The position numbers and the translations under genes were made by a program. This document shows positions 38,401-48,293 of a stretch of 64,000 nucleotides of DNA, piece after piece. Numbering within the stretch: position 1 is the stretch's first letter; the number at the start of each line of letters is the position of its first letter. Below the pieces are notes generated by a model that worked only from the letters and a program-made list of their open reading frames with translations, had not been told where the DNA came from and ran no database searches. Origin of the DNA: an uncultured Lentisphaeraceae bacterium (GTDB taxonomy: Bacteria > Verrucomicrobiota > Kiritimatiellia > RFP12 > DVOR01); assembly GCA_937892925.1 (NCBI GenBank), contig CALBHX010000116.1, positions 35,748 through 99,747 on the forward strand, read 5' to 3'.

Positions 38401-39002
38401 CGGGAGATCCTTCGTATACGTTTTACCGGCCTAGCACAGCAGGGGCGCCATGAACGCCGTTTAACATGGGCATGCGCGGCGGAGAGAAGTGAGATTTTGC
38501 CTTCGAGTAATGCCAGAACACGCGTTTGAATGGCCGGAAGATCCTGCGGCTTGAGTCCGGGGTCTTCAATCGGGAAAAGATCTCCGGTGCCCCGTTGTTC
38601 ATAGAGACGGATTCTGCGCCCATCAGGCGCCCGGCTGATGCGGCGTTCGATGAATTGCCGGCTGCGTTCGAGCAGGATGGCCAGTACGTAACAGACACCA
38701 CGATCGGCAGGTGCGTTTCGTTCCAGCAAAACCCGCAGCAGGTGCTCGGCAGTTTCTTTTCGGAGGGGGGCTTCCCGGGTTTTGCTTTTGGCGGTGTTGG
38801 CCAAGGTGAACGCCCAGGCTCCGGGGAGCGATTGTAATGTTTCCGGCGGTAATGCGGAAAAGCAGGCGGGGCAAAGGTCTCGCCGAGCAAAGGTGCCATC
38901 TTCTGTCAATTCCAACAGCGAATGCCCGGAGCCGCCGGGCTCAAAGACTTTTCCGCAGGCGGAACAGCGAGCGCTGCGCGGTTTAATGTTCCAGTCTGCC
39001 AT
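38397..39002 (-). CDS. hypothetical protein with N-terminal CxxC...CxxC zinc ribbon
   Basis: CSACG...(20 aa)...CPAC at the N-terminus; the remainder is helical and Arg-rich. No family recognised. Confidence 0.4.
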   Translation of the reverse strand: MADWNIKPRSARCSACGKVFEPGGSGHSLLELTEDGTFARRDLCPACFSALPPETLQSLPGAWAFTLANTAKSKTREAPLRKETAEHLLRVLLERNAPADRGVCYVLAILLERSRQFIERRISRAPDGRRIRLYEQRGTGDLFPIEDPGLKPQDLPAIQTRVLALLEGKISLLSAAHAHVKRRSWRPCCARPVKRIRRISR

Positions 39003-39015
39003 GGATGTCCTAGGG

Positions 39016-42000
39016 TTAGTTGTTCCGTTTGGATTTGAATACGTTTCGGAGAGCCTCTTCGAGGCGCAGCTTTACGGTATCACTGCCGTTTCCTACGGCG
39101 TCTAATGTTTCTTTGGCCACATCGTGTGCTGCTCCGCCAACTTCCAATCCGGCTTCACCGCTTTTCTGGAGCGCTTTCCCAAGACGGTTCGACAACTTTT
39201 CCGTAACCCGCCCAACGAGTGAATCGCGCAGAAGGGCAACCAGGGGGGCGGTGTCCGGCTTGGGGTTGTCTACAGTGCCGCGGATCGGCAGGCGAAGCGT
39301 CTGGTCTGCTCCGATGCGCTTGGAGAGGCGGTCGCCCAATAATTGCCGGGTTAGAGGAAGCACAACAACATAATCCACTTCGCGGGTGGTTAGATCGGTG
39401 GTGCCGGAGCATTCCAACTTGGCGCCGGAGAACTGCATTTGAATCGGTTCACAGACCAACTTGCCTTCCTCAACGGTTACGGTGAATGTCTGATCAGGCA
39501 TGGAGATGACACGTTCGCGTGCGCGGAGCAGTCCCAAGATAGAGCCTAATGTGCCGTTTGGCTTCACTCGGCACCCTTCGGTTTGGATGTCGAGAATGGT
39601 ACTCAGGGAGGCTAACGGGCGATCGTCCAGTGTCATGCGGAATGCCCGGCTGCGTACGTGCAGAGCCCCTGCTGGCGAGGCGGAGCCTGGCAGGAGCGGA
39701 TTGACGGCTTTCAGCCCGGTGTCGAGTAGCTCTTGCGTTAACTGAACGCCGCGCAGGAGCTCGGTATTATCTGGAAAGGTTAAGGTGTAGGGCTGGACGG
39801 AGAGATTGAGGCGCGGCGAGAGGAAGACATTTCCGCCATTGACGTTGAAGGTGCCATCTAGTGCAGCCACGGCTTCGGAGAGTGTTAACTTGGCTTCGCC
39901 TCCCGGGATGTTCAGGCCTGGAACGGTGATTTGGTCAAATTGAACGGAGGCTTCGCCTTTACCGTAATTGAAGAGCCCCGCCGAACCGTTTAGGATCGGA
40001 GCTTTAAACTGGAAAGGCGTTGTGTGCCGCCCGGACAGGCCAAAGCCGCTTTCTCGATAGGTAGTAAAACAGGGCAATGCCCAGATGGCTGCGAAGTCTG
40101 GGGTGAGCGAGCCTTCCAGGGAAAGCGTCCCGGTTTTGGGCACATAGTGCCCTTTCGCCTCAATCGCAAGCGGGGCGGAGGTCAGAGAGAACGTGTTTAG
40201 CTGCGGCTCTTCCGCGAGGAGCGCGGTCGTGGTCAGTGTGAATGGCAAGGCCAGTGCTGGGCATCCGCTAGGTTGTATCTGCAGGTTTTCCGAACTCAGC
40301 CGCAGATTAATCTGGGGCGTTTTGTCGGAGGTGCAGGCGAATGTATAGGCTAGCTCGCCTTGAATCTCTGGCAGCGATGTATCCTTTTCGGTGCGCCGCC
40401 AGCGAAGGGCGTTTGCCGGCGTGAGCGAACCTTCCAACGTGAGGGTTGGAAGGTTCGCACCTCGGGGAAGCGAGGCCTTGCCTACGGCGGTGAGAAAGGG
40501 TGCTTTCATGGAAAATTCGGAGCACTCTAAAGCACCCTCGGCTGTGCGGTGGAGAGAGGCTTCTCCTTCAAGCAAACTGGAAGTCTGGACGTTCCATGCG
40601 GCAGAGGAAAATGCGGCATCGCGCAGGGCAAAGAGCAGCTTGGCTCGAAACGCCTCCAGAGAACCGGAGGCAGACGCGTGGAGCAGGCCGGTCCCGGCCA
40701 CCTGCCACCCTTCTGGGTGACTTACAAATTGAACGGCTTGCGCTAAATCGGCCTGTGCAGAGACTTTGAGTGCCTGAACGGAATGCGAGGCCAGGGAAAT
40801 GCCTGTGGCAGTGGCTTCCAGTGAACCTACGGCGGTTTGTCCGGAGACGGCGGTCAACTTGAGCGAACCGGAGCCAGAGGCGGCTTTGGCATCCAGTCGG
40901 AGATCCAGCGGCTGTGCAAGTGTTAGGCCGCCAAGGAATGGTCCAAACGTGTCAAGCAGGGTCTCTGTTTTCAACCATGCGGAAAGTTCCCCGGCTTCCA
41001 ACGAACCGGAACCGGAGGCAATAAGTCCGGGCAAATCAATGGAGAGTCGTTCAATACTGCCTGTAAGCGGGTTATTCGGGTCGAATACGGCGGAGAGATT
41101 CACTTGGGGCGAACACTGAATGGGCTTGCCATTGTAGCTGAGGGCGAGCGCTTCGGTGCGCAGGGCAGAGGAAAGGCTTAACAATCCGGTGCCAGGGCCA
41201 TCTTTGAGTGAGGCAGTAAGGGTGGCGGTGCCCTGCGTGAGTATAACTTCTGGAGCCTGAAGCACGTTCCAGTACCGCGCTGCGGCGAGTGCTTGTGCGA
41301 GATTGAGTGAAAGCTTGGCCTGCATGTTTGGGATACGGCGTCCGGAGGGAGCGGAGAGCTGGAGCGAACCCTGCCCCCACCGCGCTTTGACATCAAGCCG
41401 AGCCGTATTTACCCATGGGGTGCCGAGCTGTTGCAGGCATGCGGTCAGCGCGGGTAATATGGCCTCCGCTTTTGTCTCGGCACCGATGACTTGCGCTTGG
41501 AATTGAACGGCGATGGGCTGATCCCATGCAGGGATTGTCATTTCCAACGCTCCCTGAGTAAGCAGAGGTTCCGGAGCTCCGGCCATGCGCAGAACGGCCT
41601 CTGAAACGTGGAGCCGGGTTGAAAGTGCCCACGCAGGGATTATCGGTGTGCCGATTGTGGGGCTTTCGGTTTGGGCGCCTTTCATCTCGGATTGCGGGGC
41701 TTCAATAGGGGGCGTTGTGTTTGCGGCAGGCTTTGTGAGCGATACCTCTGGCGTCTCAACGAATATCTCCGCAGTTACATGCCCCATTGGGAGCAAGGCC
41801 CACAAGCTGTTGGCGCGGAGTTGCTTCACGTTGAGGGAAACTCCACGTGTCGGATCGCAAAAGACGATTTGCTCAATCCGCTGTTCTCCAAACCAACGGA
41901 ATGACCATGTTCCAACCGAAATCGAGGCCGGAGCTAACTGTTGGTTGAGTTTGTTCACGACCAGTGCCTGCACCCAGCCAGTCGAACATAACATGGGCAG

Positions 42001-42126
42001 GCACAACACACCCATTATTAGAAGTGCCGCTGCCAGACTAACCCAAACCAGCACGGTGCGCCCCCACCCGCGCTTAGGTGCAGCCGATGTTTTCGTGGCG
42101 GCATTGACAGGCTTTGTAAAGTCCAT
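39016..42126 (-). CDS. AsmA/TamB-like large envelope protein (N-terminal TM anchor plus long beta-rich periplasmic region)
   Basis: 1036 aa from ATG 42126 (MDFTKPVN). Single N-terminal TM (VLVWVSLAAALLIMGVLCL), then a repetitive Ser/Thr/Gly/Ala/Leu-rich beta-type sequence, and a C-terminal conserved segment. Confidence 0.5.
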   Translation of the reverse strand: MDFTKPVNAATKTSAAPKRGWGRTVLVWVSLAAALLIMGVLCLPMLCSTGWVQALVVNKLNQQLAPASISVGTWSFRWFGEQRIEQIVFCDPTRGVSLNVKQLRANSLWALLPMGHVTAEIFVETPEVSLTKPAANTTPPIEAPQSEMKGAQTESPTIGTPIIPAWALSTRLHVSEAVLRMAGAPEPLLTQGALEMTIPAWDQPIAVQFQAQVIGAETKAEAILPALTACLQQLGTPWVNTARLDVKARWGQGSLQLSAPSGRRIPNMQAKLSLNLAQALAAARYWNVLQAPEVILTQGTATLTASLKDGPGTGLLSLSSALRTEALALSYNGKPIQCSPQVNLSAVFDPNNPLTGSIERLSIDLPGLIASGSGSLEAGELSAWLKTETLLDTFGPFLGGLTLAQPLDLRLDAKAASGSGSLKLTAVSGQTAVGSLEATATGISLASHSVQALKVSAQADLAQAVQFVSHPEGWQVAGTGLLHASASGSLEAFRAKLLFALRDAAFSSAAWNVQTSSLLEGEASLHRTAEGALECSEFSMKAPFLTAVGKASLPRGANLPTLTLEGSLTPANALRWRRTEKDTSLPEIQGELAYTFACTSDKTPQINLRLSSENLQIQPSGCPALALPFTLTTTALLAEEPQLNTFSLTSAPLAIEAKGHYVPKTGTLSLEGSLTPDFAAIWALPCFTTYRESGFGLSGRHTTPFQFKAPILNGSAGLFNYGKGEASVQFDQITVPGLNIPGGEAKLTLSEAVAALDGTFNVNGGNVFLSPRLNLSVQPYTLTFPDNTELLRGVQLTQELLDTGLKAVNPLLPGSASPAGALHVRSRAFRMTLDDRPLASLSTILDIQTEGCRVKPNGTLGSILGLLRARERVISMPDQTFTVTVEEGKLVCEPIQMQFSGAKLECSGTTDLTTREVDYVVVLPLTRQLLGDRLSKRIGADQTLRLPIRGTVDNPKPDTAPLVALLRDSLVGRVTEKLSNRLGKALQKSGEAGLEVGGAAHDVAKETLDAVGNGSDTVKLRLEEALRNVFKSKRNN

Positions 42127-42446
42127 GATATGATCCTTTGGTGATATAAAGCATAGCAAAAGCCCCCCGCAGGAACCACAGACTTCTTTTTGGAGAGGGG
42201 CTCTTTCTGGGGGAAGGGAGGGTGTTTTTTGCGCCGTACCTGCCTAAAAGGGATTTTCGAGGGAAGGCAGGCACACGGTTCGTGTTATTGAAGCGGCAGA
42301 ACAGATGGACGCCTTTTTGTTTATGTTTTCACCATTCTGGATTTGGGGGCGTCTCGTCTCGATTTTGCCTTGAACTCGGGACGCGTTGATTTTTGGTATG
42401 ATGAGCGCGTATTTTTCGCGAGATTTTAAGGTAAAGGAAGGTTGCG

Positions 42447-43763
42447 ATGACACAGTTGGAAGCTGCTCGGCAAGGGATGATTACCGAAGCGATGCAGGCC
42501 GTTGCGCAGGCGGAGGGGTGTACTCCGGAGGACGTGCGGGAAGTGGTGGCGGCTGGCCGGGCGGTCATTCCGTTGAATCCAGCTCATCGGGGTGTTCGAC
42601 CAACGGGTGTGGGGCGTTTGTTTTCGACAAAAATCAATGCTAATTTGGGGCGGTCGCCAACGCGTTCGGGGAAGGGGGATGAACTGACAAAGCTGAGCGT
42701 GGCGTTGGCGGCTGGGGCGCAGTTTGTGATGGATCTTTCGGTTGGAACGGGTAAGGGGGGAGAGGAGATCCGGCGGGAACTGCGGGAGATTCGCCAAGGG
42801 ATGCTGGATCATTCGCCGGCGCCGCTGGGGACGGTACCGGTTTATGAGACGATTTCACGCCTGGATGGAGAGATCCCGGAGATGGATCCGTCTTACCTGC
42901 TTCAGGTGATTCGGGAGCAAGCGGAGCAGGGGGTGGACTTTATGACGCTGCACGCGGGGTTGCTGCAGGCGCATGTGCCTTTAGCGATGAAACGGAAGAT
43001 GGGGATTGTCTCGCGGGGCGGGGCGATTATGGCCGAGTGGATGAAACGGCATGGTGCAGAGAATCCTCTGTATACGCATTGGGACGAGGTGTTGGAAATT
43101 CTGGTGAAACATGATGTGACGGTGTCGCTGGGGGATGGACTTCGCCCAGGGTGCCTGGCGGACGCAAGCGATGAGGCGCAATTTGCGGAGCTCTCAGTGC
43201 TAGGGGAGCTGGTGCAGCGGTGCCGGGCACGAGGGGTTCAGGTGATGGTGGAGGGACCCGGGCATATTCCGTTTAATCAGGTGCAGATGAATATGGAACG
43301 GGAGCAGGAGGTGTGTGACGGGGCTCCGTTTTATGTGTTGGGGCCTGTAGTTACAGACATTGCGCCGGGGTATGACCACATTGTTTCGGCGATTGGCGCA
43401 ACGGCGGCGGCAACGTATGGGGCGAGCCTGTTGTGTTATGTGACGCCTGCGGAACACTTGGGCCTGCCGGATGCGGCGGAGGTGCATCAGGGGTGCGTGG
43501 CTTATCTGATTGCGGCACATGCGGGAGATGTGGCGCGGGGGCTTCCGGGTGCGCGGGAGCGGGATGACCGAATGGCGGATGCGCGGTATCGTTTTGATTG
43601 GAATGCTCAGTTTGATGTGGCTCTGGATCCGTGCGCGGCACGTGAGCGGTGGTTGCGGACGCGGGCGGAGTCGGGCGCGACACATGATGATGATCATTGC
43701 TCGATGTGCGGAAAGGCGTTTTGTGCGGTGCGGACGTCGCGCCGGATGCGCGAGGGATTGTGA
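42447..43763 (+). CDS. thiC: phosphomethylpyrimidine synthase
   Basis: 438 aa, strongly conserved ThiC blocks throughout, including the C-terminal CxxCxxxxC radical-SAM cluster motif (CSMCGKAFC). Confidence 0.95.
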   Translation: MTQLEAARQGMITEAMQAVAQAEGCTPEDVREVVAAGRAVIPLNPAHRGVRPTGVGRLFSTKINANLGRSPTRSGKGDELTKLSVALAAGAQFVMDLSVGTGKGGEEIRRELREIRQGMLDHSPAPLGTVPVYETISRLDGEIPEMDPSYLLQVIREQAEQGVDFMTLHAGLLQAHVPLAMKRKMGIVSRGGAIMAEWMKRHGAENPLYTHWDEVLEILVKHDVTVSLGDGLRPGCLADASDEAQFAELSVLGELVQRCRARGVQVMVEGPGHIPFNQVQMNMEREQEVCDGAPFYVLGPVVTDIAPGYDHIVSAIGATAAATYGASLLCYVTPAEHLGLPDAAEVHQGCVAYLIAAHAGDVARGLPGARERDDRMADARYRFDWNAQFDVALDPCAARERWLRTRAESGATHDDDHCSMCGKAFCAVRTSRRMREGL

Positions 43764-43805
43764 TCCTCGGGAATGTACGCGGGTTGATCAACCAAACACA
43801 GGGTG

Positions 43806-43836
43806 TCCCGGGGAACCGGGGCGCCCTTCTTTTTTG
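43806..43836 (+). terminator. possible terminator after thiC
   Basis: GC-rich imperfect hairpin (CCCGGGG..CCGGGGCGCCC) followed by a CTTCTTTTTT run. Weak. Confidence 0.3.
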
Positions 43837-43847
43837 GGTAAGGAAGA

Positions 43848-44492
43848 CTAGAGTGTCAGGAGCGTGAGGAGGTTTAATGCGGCGTGGAGGAGGATGCCGG
43901 GCAGAAGGGAATGTTGGCGGAGCGCCAGGAGTCCTAGAAACCATCCGAAGAAAAAGAGCGGCGCAAGAAAGGCATTGATTCCATGGGCAAGGGCAAAGAG
44001 GAGTGCACTGAGTGGCAGCATGATTTTTGGCGGGGCGGCGTGGAGGAGAATGCCGCGAAAGAGAAATTCCTCGAGAAGGGGGGTTGAGATCACGAGAAAC
44101 CCACCAATAACGGCCTTTTGATGCCATGGTATAGAGGTGAGCAGCGAGACCATGGGTTGGACTTCAGTGGGCGCAAGAATGGCGGTGAGGGCGTGGATGG
44201 CCAGGAGCAGGGCGATAAAGAGCCCCGTGAAGGCTCGGAAGGGGAGCGGTGTTCCCCAGTGAAACCATTGAATGAGGCGTCTGCGGTTCCCGAAAATGGC
44301 CTCAAGCAGGATGGGCAAAAGAAAAAGGGGGAGAGAAAGAATCTGCCCAATGAATAGTTGTTGGTAGATCTTGTCGGGTGAAGTTATAGAGAGCTCAGGG
44401 TGAGTGGCGGCACTGTTGAGGGTGCAGAGCAGAAGGGCGAGGGTAATGACGCCGAGGGGCGCAAAGGTCGATTGAACGCGAACGGAATTAGG
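43848..44492 (-). CDS. CPBP (CAAX/Abi) family intramembrane metalloprotease
   Basis: The EEFLFRG motif and a second HG/HA block, within a multi-TM protein. Start placed at ATG 44492, 4 nt overlapping the upstream exonuclease stop. Confidence 0.7.
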   Translation of the reverse strand, partial: PNSVRVQSTFAPLGVITLALLLCTLNSAATHPELSITSPDKIYQQLFIGQILSLPLFLLPILLEAIFGNRRRLIQWFHWGTPLPFRAFTGLFIALLLAIHALTAILAPTEVQPMVSLLTSIPWHQKAVIGGFLVISTPLLEEFLFRGILLHAAPPKIMLPLSALLFALAHGINAFLAPLFFFGWFLGLLALRQHSLLPGILLHAALNLLTLLTL

Positions 44493-45099
44493 CATGGCTG
44501 GCCTCAAGCAGAGCTTCAAGAGTGAGGGTGGTCCAGCCGGGGAGCGAGAGGAGATGTTCCAGAAGCAGACCGCAGGCTGCAGCATCGTAAAATGCATCAT
44601 GGGGAGCCCGCCCGGGGACGAGTCGATCCAAACGGGGCTGTAATCGGAGGCAGGGGATTAGACGCTCCAGTGCATAGCTTGGAAGCCCGGGATAAGCGCG
44701 GCGGGTAAGCGACAGGGTGTCGACCCAGCAGGAATAGTGCGCAAGGGGAGCCAGGCGAGCCAAAATGGTTCGTTCGGTTGCGGCATTGTGAGCTACCGGA
44801 ATGGATTGAAGTAGAAGGGGGTGAAGGCTCTGCCAGACCTCGAGGGGAGGGGGCGCGGCGGCGATAGCAGCTCGATTGGCTCGATGTTCGCCGGGGGCAT
44901 GGCGCGAAAAAGGCCAATCTTCGGGAACATGGAGATAACTGTCCAGGGAAGGGGCTTCTAGCGTTACAGCGCCGTCACGGAGAGAGACGGCGCCGATCTG
45001 CCAGGGGAGGCTCGGGTAGCCTTTGACGGTTCCGGTGGTTTCGAAGTCGAGCGCCAGGAAGGAACAGTGCCGGGCAAGGTGCGTGCTGGTGTCGGTCAT
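44488..45099 (-). CDS. DnaQ-like DEDDh 3'-5' exonuclease domain protein
   Basis: Exo I LDFETTG, Exo II HNAATE and Exo III HDAFYDAAA motifs. 203 aa. Confidence 0.75.
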   Translation of the reverse strand: MTDTSTHLARHCSFLALDFETTGTVKGYPSLPWQIGAVSLRDGAVTLEAPSLDSYLHVPEDWPFSRHAPGEHRANRAAIAAAPPPLEVWQSLHPLLLQSIPVAHNAATERTILARLAPLAHYSCWVDTLSLTRRAYPGLPSYALERLIPCLRLQPRLDRLVPGRAPHDAFYDAAACGLLLEHLLSLPGWTTLTLEALLEASHA

Positions 45100-45137
45100 A
45101 ACCGCGCAGGCGTCGTAGGGCGCGTTGTATAAACTAC

Positions 45138-46586
45138 TTATTTCAAGTCGTCCAACGGGATCCGCAGGAAGTAGTGGTAATCGCTTTCACCTTCGTAGAT
45201 TACACCCAGGGCATCTTTGCCAACGGGGCACAGAGACGAATACCCAGCACCCTTGCGCGGATCGTAGACGAGCCCGTTAGACCATGTTTTCCCCTGGTCG
45301 GCTGAGACGCGCAGGGTCATGGTATCTCGCTTAGAAGAATTTGGGTTGGAGAAGTAAAGTTTGTCGTTTATGGCGAGCAGGGCAGCCTGGCAGAGGTTGT
45401 TGGGCTGGCGAAGGGGGGTGGTGGAGACTTTCTCCCAAGTCTCCCCTAAGTCGGTGGTGCGGGCGGTGATACGTGTAGCGGCACCGCCGCCTTCTCGAGT
45501 ATTTAAGAGGAGAGACCCATCGGGTAATTGAGCCACCGTGGATTCTGATCCGCCGAAGGGCATGGCTTTTGAGCTGGTCCAAGTTTTACCGTGATCTTTG
45601 GAGTAAACGAGCAGACCATGGTGGGGTGCTTTGCCTTTGTTCCCCCAGATTTGAGCGGGGAAGACGAGTGTGCCGTCTTTCATGGCGATCCCGGCTCCCG
45701 GCCCTTGGAAAACAAGGCCCCAGGAGGCGGTATCCGAGTCGCCAAGACGTTTGACTTCAGCTGTGATATTGATAGGTTTTGACCAGGAACGGCCTTCGGT
45801 GTCGGAGTAAGCCAAGATGAATTGACCGCAGTTTTTGGGATCTAGGGTACCGGAGGAGGAGCTCCAGATGGGATGCCCGGAATTGGGGGCGCGCAGGGCG
45901 GCTATCCAGATGCGGCCGTTGGATGGATCGACGAGAATGGCAGGGTCGCCAATACCGTTTCCTCCAGGCAGTCCATTGCAGTCGAGGGCTGTTCGGATGG
46001 GGGACCATGTGGTGCCGTGATCTTTTGAGATACTTACGCCTACGGTAATATCGGCAGGGAGATCTCCGGCGTGATTGAAACGGTTATCAAAGACGGCAAC
46101 TAACGTGCCTTTGGGTGTTTCAACGATTCCTGGGATCCGGAAGTTCTTACTTTTTCGTTTGCCATCCACGAGCTGCATGGGGCTGGTTACGATGCTGCCG
46201 ATACGTACGGATTTGTTTTCAATGACGAGCTTGCGGCGGAGGTCGGCACGCGGGCTGGGTTCTGCAAAGAGAGTATAGGTGTTGTTGCCTGGATTGATTG
46301 GCACTTGGAAGGTGGCCTTGGTGCCGTTGATGCGAGCTTTGGTTTGACCAAGTGCAAGGCTTTTAAGGTCGCGCGGGTTGGTGCCGGAGAGGGAGAGGGT
46401 CACGGTTCCCTGTGATTCTGCACGGTCGGCGGAGAGTGTGAGCGTGCCGATGGCAAGGTCTGGTCTGCCAATGAACGCAGGGACGCCTGAGGGAATGAAC
46501 TCGAGATGAGTGATGGCGGCACGCACGGCGGCGGTTAAGCATAACGACAGAAGAGTGAGGGCAGCTTTCACAGGGTGTCCTTTCAT
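45138..46586 (-). CDS. exo-alpha-sialidase (GH33) with signal peptide
   Basis: FRIP motif (FRIPGIVETP), multiple Asp-boxes (SKDHGTTW, SDTEGRSW, SKDHGKTW, SADQGKTW) and an N-terminal signal peptide. Confidence 0.9.
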   Translation of the reverse strand: MKGHPVKAALTLLSLCLTAAVRAAITHLEFIPSGVPAFIGRPDLAIGTLTLSADRAESQGTVTLSLSGTNPRDLKSLALGQTKARINGTKATFQVPINPGNNTYTLFAEPSPRADLRRKLVIENKSVRIGSIVTSPMQLVDGKRKSKNFRIPGIVETPKGTLVAVFDNRFNHAGDLPADITVGVSISKDHGTTWSPIRTALDCNGLPGGNGIGDPAILVDPSNGRIWIAALRAPNSGHPIWSSSSGTLDPKNCGQFILAYSDTEGRSWSKPINITAEVKRLGDSDTASWGLVFQGPGAGIAMKDGTLVFPAQIWGNKGKAPHHGLLVYSKDHGKTWTSSKAMPFGGSESTVAQLPDGSLLLNTREGGGAATRITARTTDLGETWEKVSTTPLRQPNNLCQAALLAINDKLYFSNPNSSKRDTMTLRVSADQGKTWSNGLVYDPRKGAGYSSLCPVGKDALGVIYEGESDYHYFLRIPLDDLK

Positions 46587-46627
46587 TTTATCGCTTAGTG
46601 TATCAAGAATGTTTGCAGAAGGAAAGC

Positions 46628-48169
46628 CTAAGGCCGCGTCCGCCCGGCCTGAATGGCTTGCAGGAGCGTGGCATACATGGCTTTCGCGCGTTCGGGTTCT
46701 TGTTTGACGAGATTATTTTTTTCGGAGGGGTCTTGGCGCAGATTATAAAGCTGTCCGTTGAGGGGATTGTTTTTTGTGCTTGGCGTATTGCCGGCGGGTC
46801 TGGGCACGATATACTTCCAGTCGCCCGCGCGAAGATTGAGCTGGTAATCTTGACAGATTAGGTTTTGGCGAGAACTCGGGGCGCTTGGATTTAGAAAGGT
46901 GGCGCTCTGATCAAAAGAGTCGGGCAGGGCATTGTCGGGTAATGAAACGCTGCGCATGGCTGCGAAGGTAGCGCCCAAGTCAACGAGGGAGATGAGTGCG
47001 GAGTTGGTCTGTCCGCCGGGAATTACGCCAGGCCAAGCGACAAAAAAGGGAATTCGGTGGCCGCCTTCATACGGGAGATACTTATGCCCGCGCCAGTCGC
47101 CGGCAGGTTTGTGCGAACCGAGCAATTCCTCTGCACGATCTTTGTAGCCATCGTTCACCATGGGGCCATTGTCGGAGGTGATGACTACGAGAGTGTCTTG
47201 TTCTAATCCCAAGGCCTGCAATTTCTCGATGATACGCCGCACACTGTCATCGAATTGCCGGGTGACATCCCCTCGGGGGCCAAAGGGTGTGCTGCCAACG
47301 AAACGAGGATGCGGCACGCGCGGCACATGAATGTCGTTGGTTCCTAGATACAGGAAGAAGGATTCATTCTGGTGGGCTTCAATAAAGGAAATCGCTTTTT
47401 CAACAAAGATGTCAGCCATGTCTTCATCGCGCCAGCGTGCGTTGTGTCCGCCTTTCATGTACCCGATACGCCCGATATCGTTGACGATGGCGTTGTTGTG
47501 GCCAAAATCCCAATCCATTTTGAGGGATGCCCGGTCGCGTTTGCCATCGGGTTCACCGGGGTAATTATGCTTATAGTTGACTTCTATAGGGTCATTGGGA
47601 TCTAATCCAACGACTTGGCCGTTTTCAACATAGACGCAGGGCGTGCGGTCGGCCGTTGCGGCCATCAGGAAGGTGTAGTCAAATCCGATATCATTTGCGG
47701 AGGGGGAGATGGGTTTGTTCCAGTTCGTTTTGCCAGGCCCAGGCCCCATTCCAAGGTGCCACTTGCCGATAGCGCCGGTAACCATTCCAGAGGCTTTCAT
47801 CAGCTTTGGGAGCGTGGGGATTTGGGTGTCGATCAGAAGCGCGGAGTCTCCCGGAGCAATTCCGGTTCCAGGCTTCCGCCAGGCATATTGCCCGGTGAAG
47901 ATCGCATAACGCGTGGGGGTGCAGGTAGATGCCGGCGCGTGTGCATCAGTAAATCGGACGGCGTGCTTGGCATAGGCGTCTAAAAAAGGCGTCAATCCCG
48001 GCGTTGCACCGTAACAGCTCACATCGCCCCAGCCCAGATCATCCGCCAGAATAAAGACAATGTTGCGGGGTTTCTTTATGCCGTTTGAATGCGAGAGCCC
48101 AAGACATCCGGGCGTAGCTAACGCAGCTGCTCCCAAGCCTAGCGTTTTTAGAAAGGTTCTACGATTCAT
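46628..48169 (-). CDS. formylglycine-dependent sulfatase with TAT signal
   Basis: CTPTR sulfatase signature and a twin-arginine leader MNRRTFLKTLGLGAAALA. Start placed at ATG 48169; the ORF-track upstream extension is discarded. Confidence 0.9.
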   Translation of the reverse strand: MNRRTFLKTLGLGAAALATPGCLGLSHSNGIKKPRNIVFILADDLGWGDVSCYGATPGLTPFLDAYAKHAVRFTDAHAPASTCTPTRYAIFTGQYAWRKPGTGIAPGDSALLIDTQIPTLPKLMKASGMVTGAIGKWHLGMGPGPGKTNWNKPISPSANDIGFDYTFLMAATADRTPCVYVENGQVVGLDPNDPIEVNYKHNYPGEPDGKRDRASLKMDWDFGHNNAIVNDIGRIGYMKGGHNARWRDEDMADIFVEKAISFIEAHQNESFFLYLGTNDIHVPRVPHPRFVGSTPFGPRGDVTRQFDDSVRRIIEKLQALGLEQDTLVVITSDNGPMVNDGYKDRAEELLGSHKPAGDWRGHKYLPYEGGHRIPFFVAWPGVIPGGQTNSALISLVDLGATFAAMRSVSLPDNALPDSFDQSATFLNPSAPSSRQNLICQDYQLNLRAGDWKYIVPRPAGNTPSTKNNPLNGQLYNLRQDPSEKNNLVKQEPERAKAMYATLLQAIQAGRTRP

Positions 48170-48293
48170 GTGGTACCTCGTTGACGAATGGGGTTGAAAT
48201 GGATGAGCCTCAGGTATCGTAACACATTTCTTCATGCCCTCTCTGTTGGGTTGCTCGTTGCGATGCGCTCTGCCAACAAGAGGACGCAGCCAG

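Noticed and set aside
43200-44127. 165-258-aa minus-strand ORFs overlapping thiC and the CPBP gene
   Set aside because: His/Pro/Arg-rich low-complexity translation antisense to thiC. Not coding.
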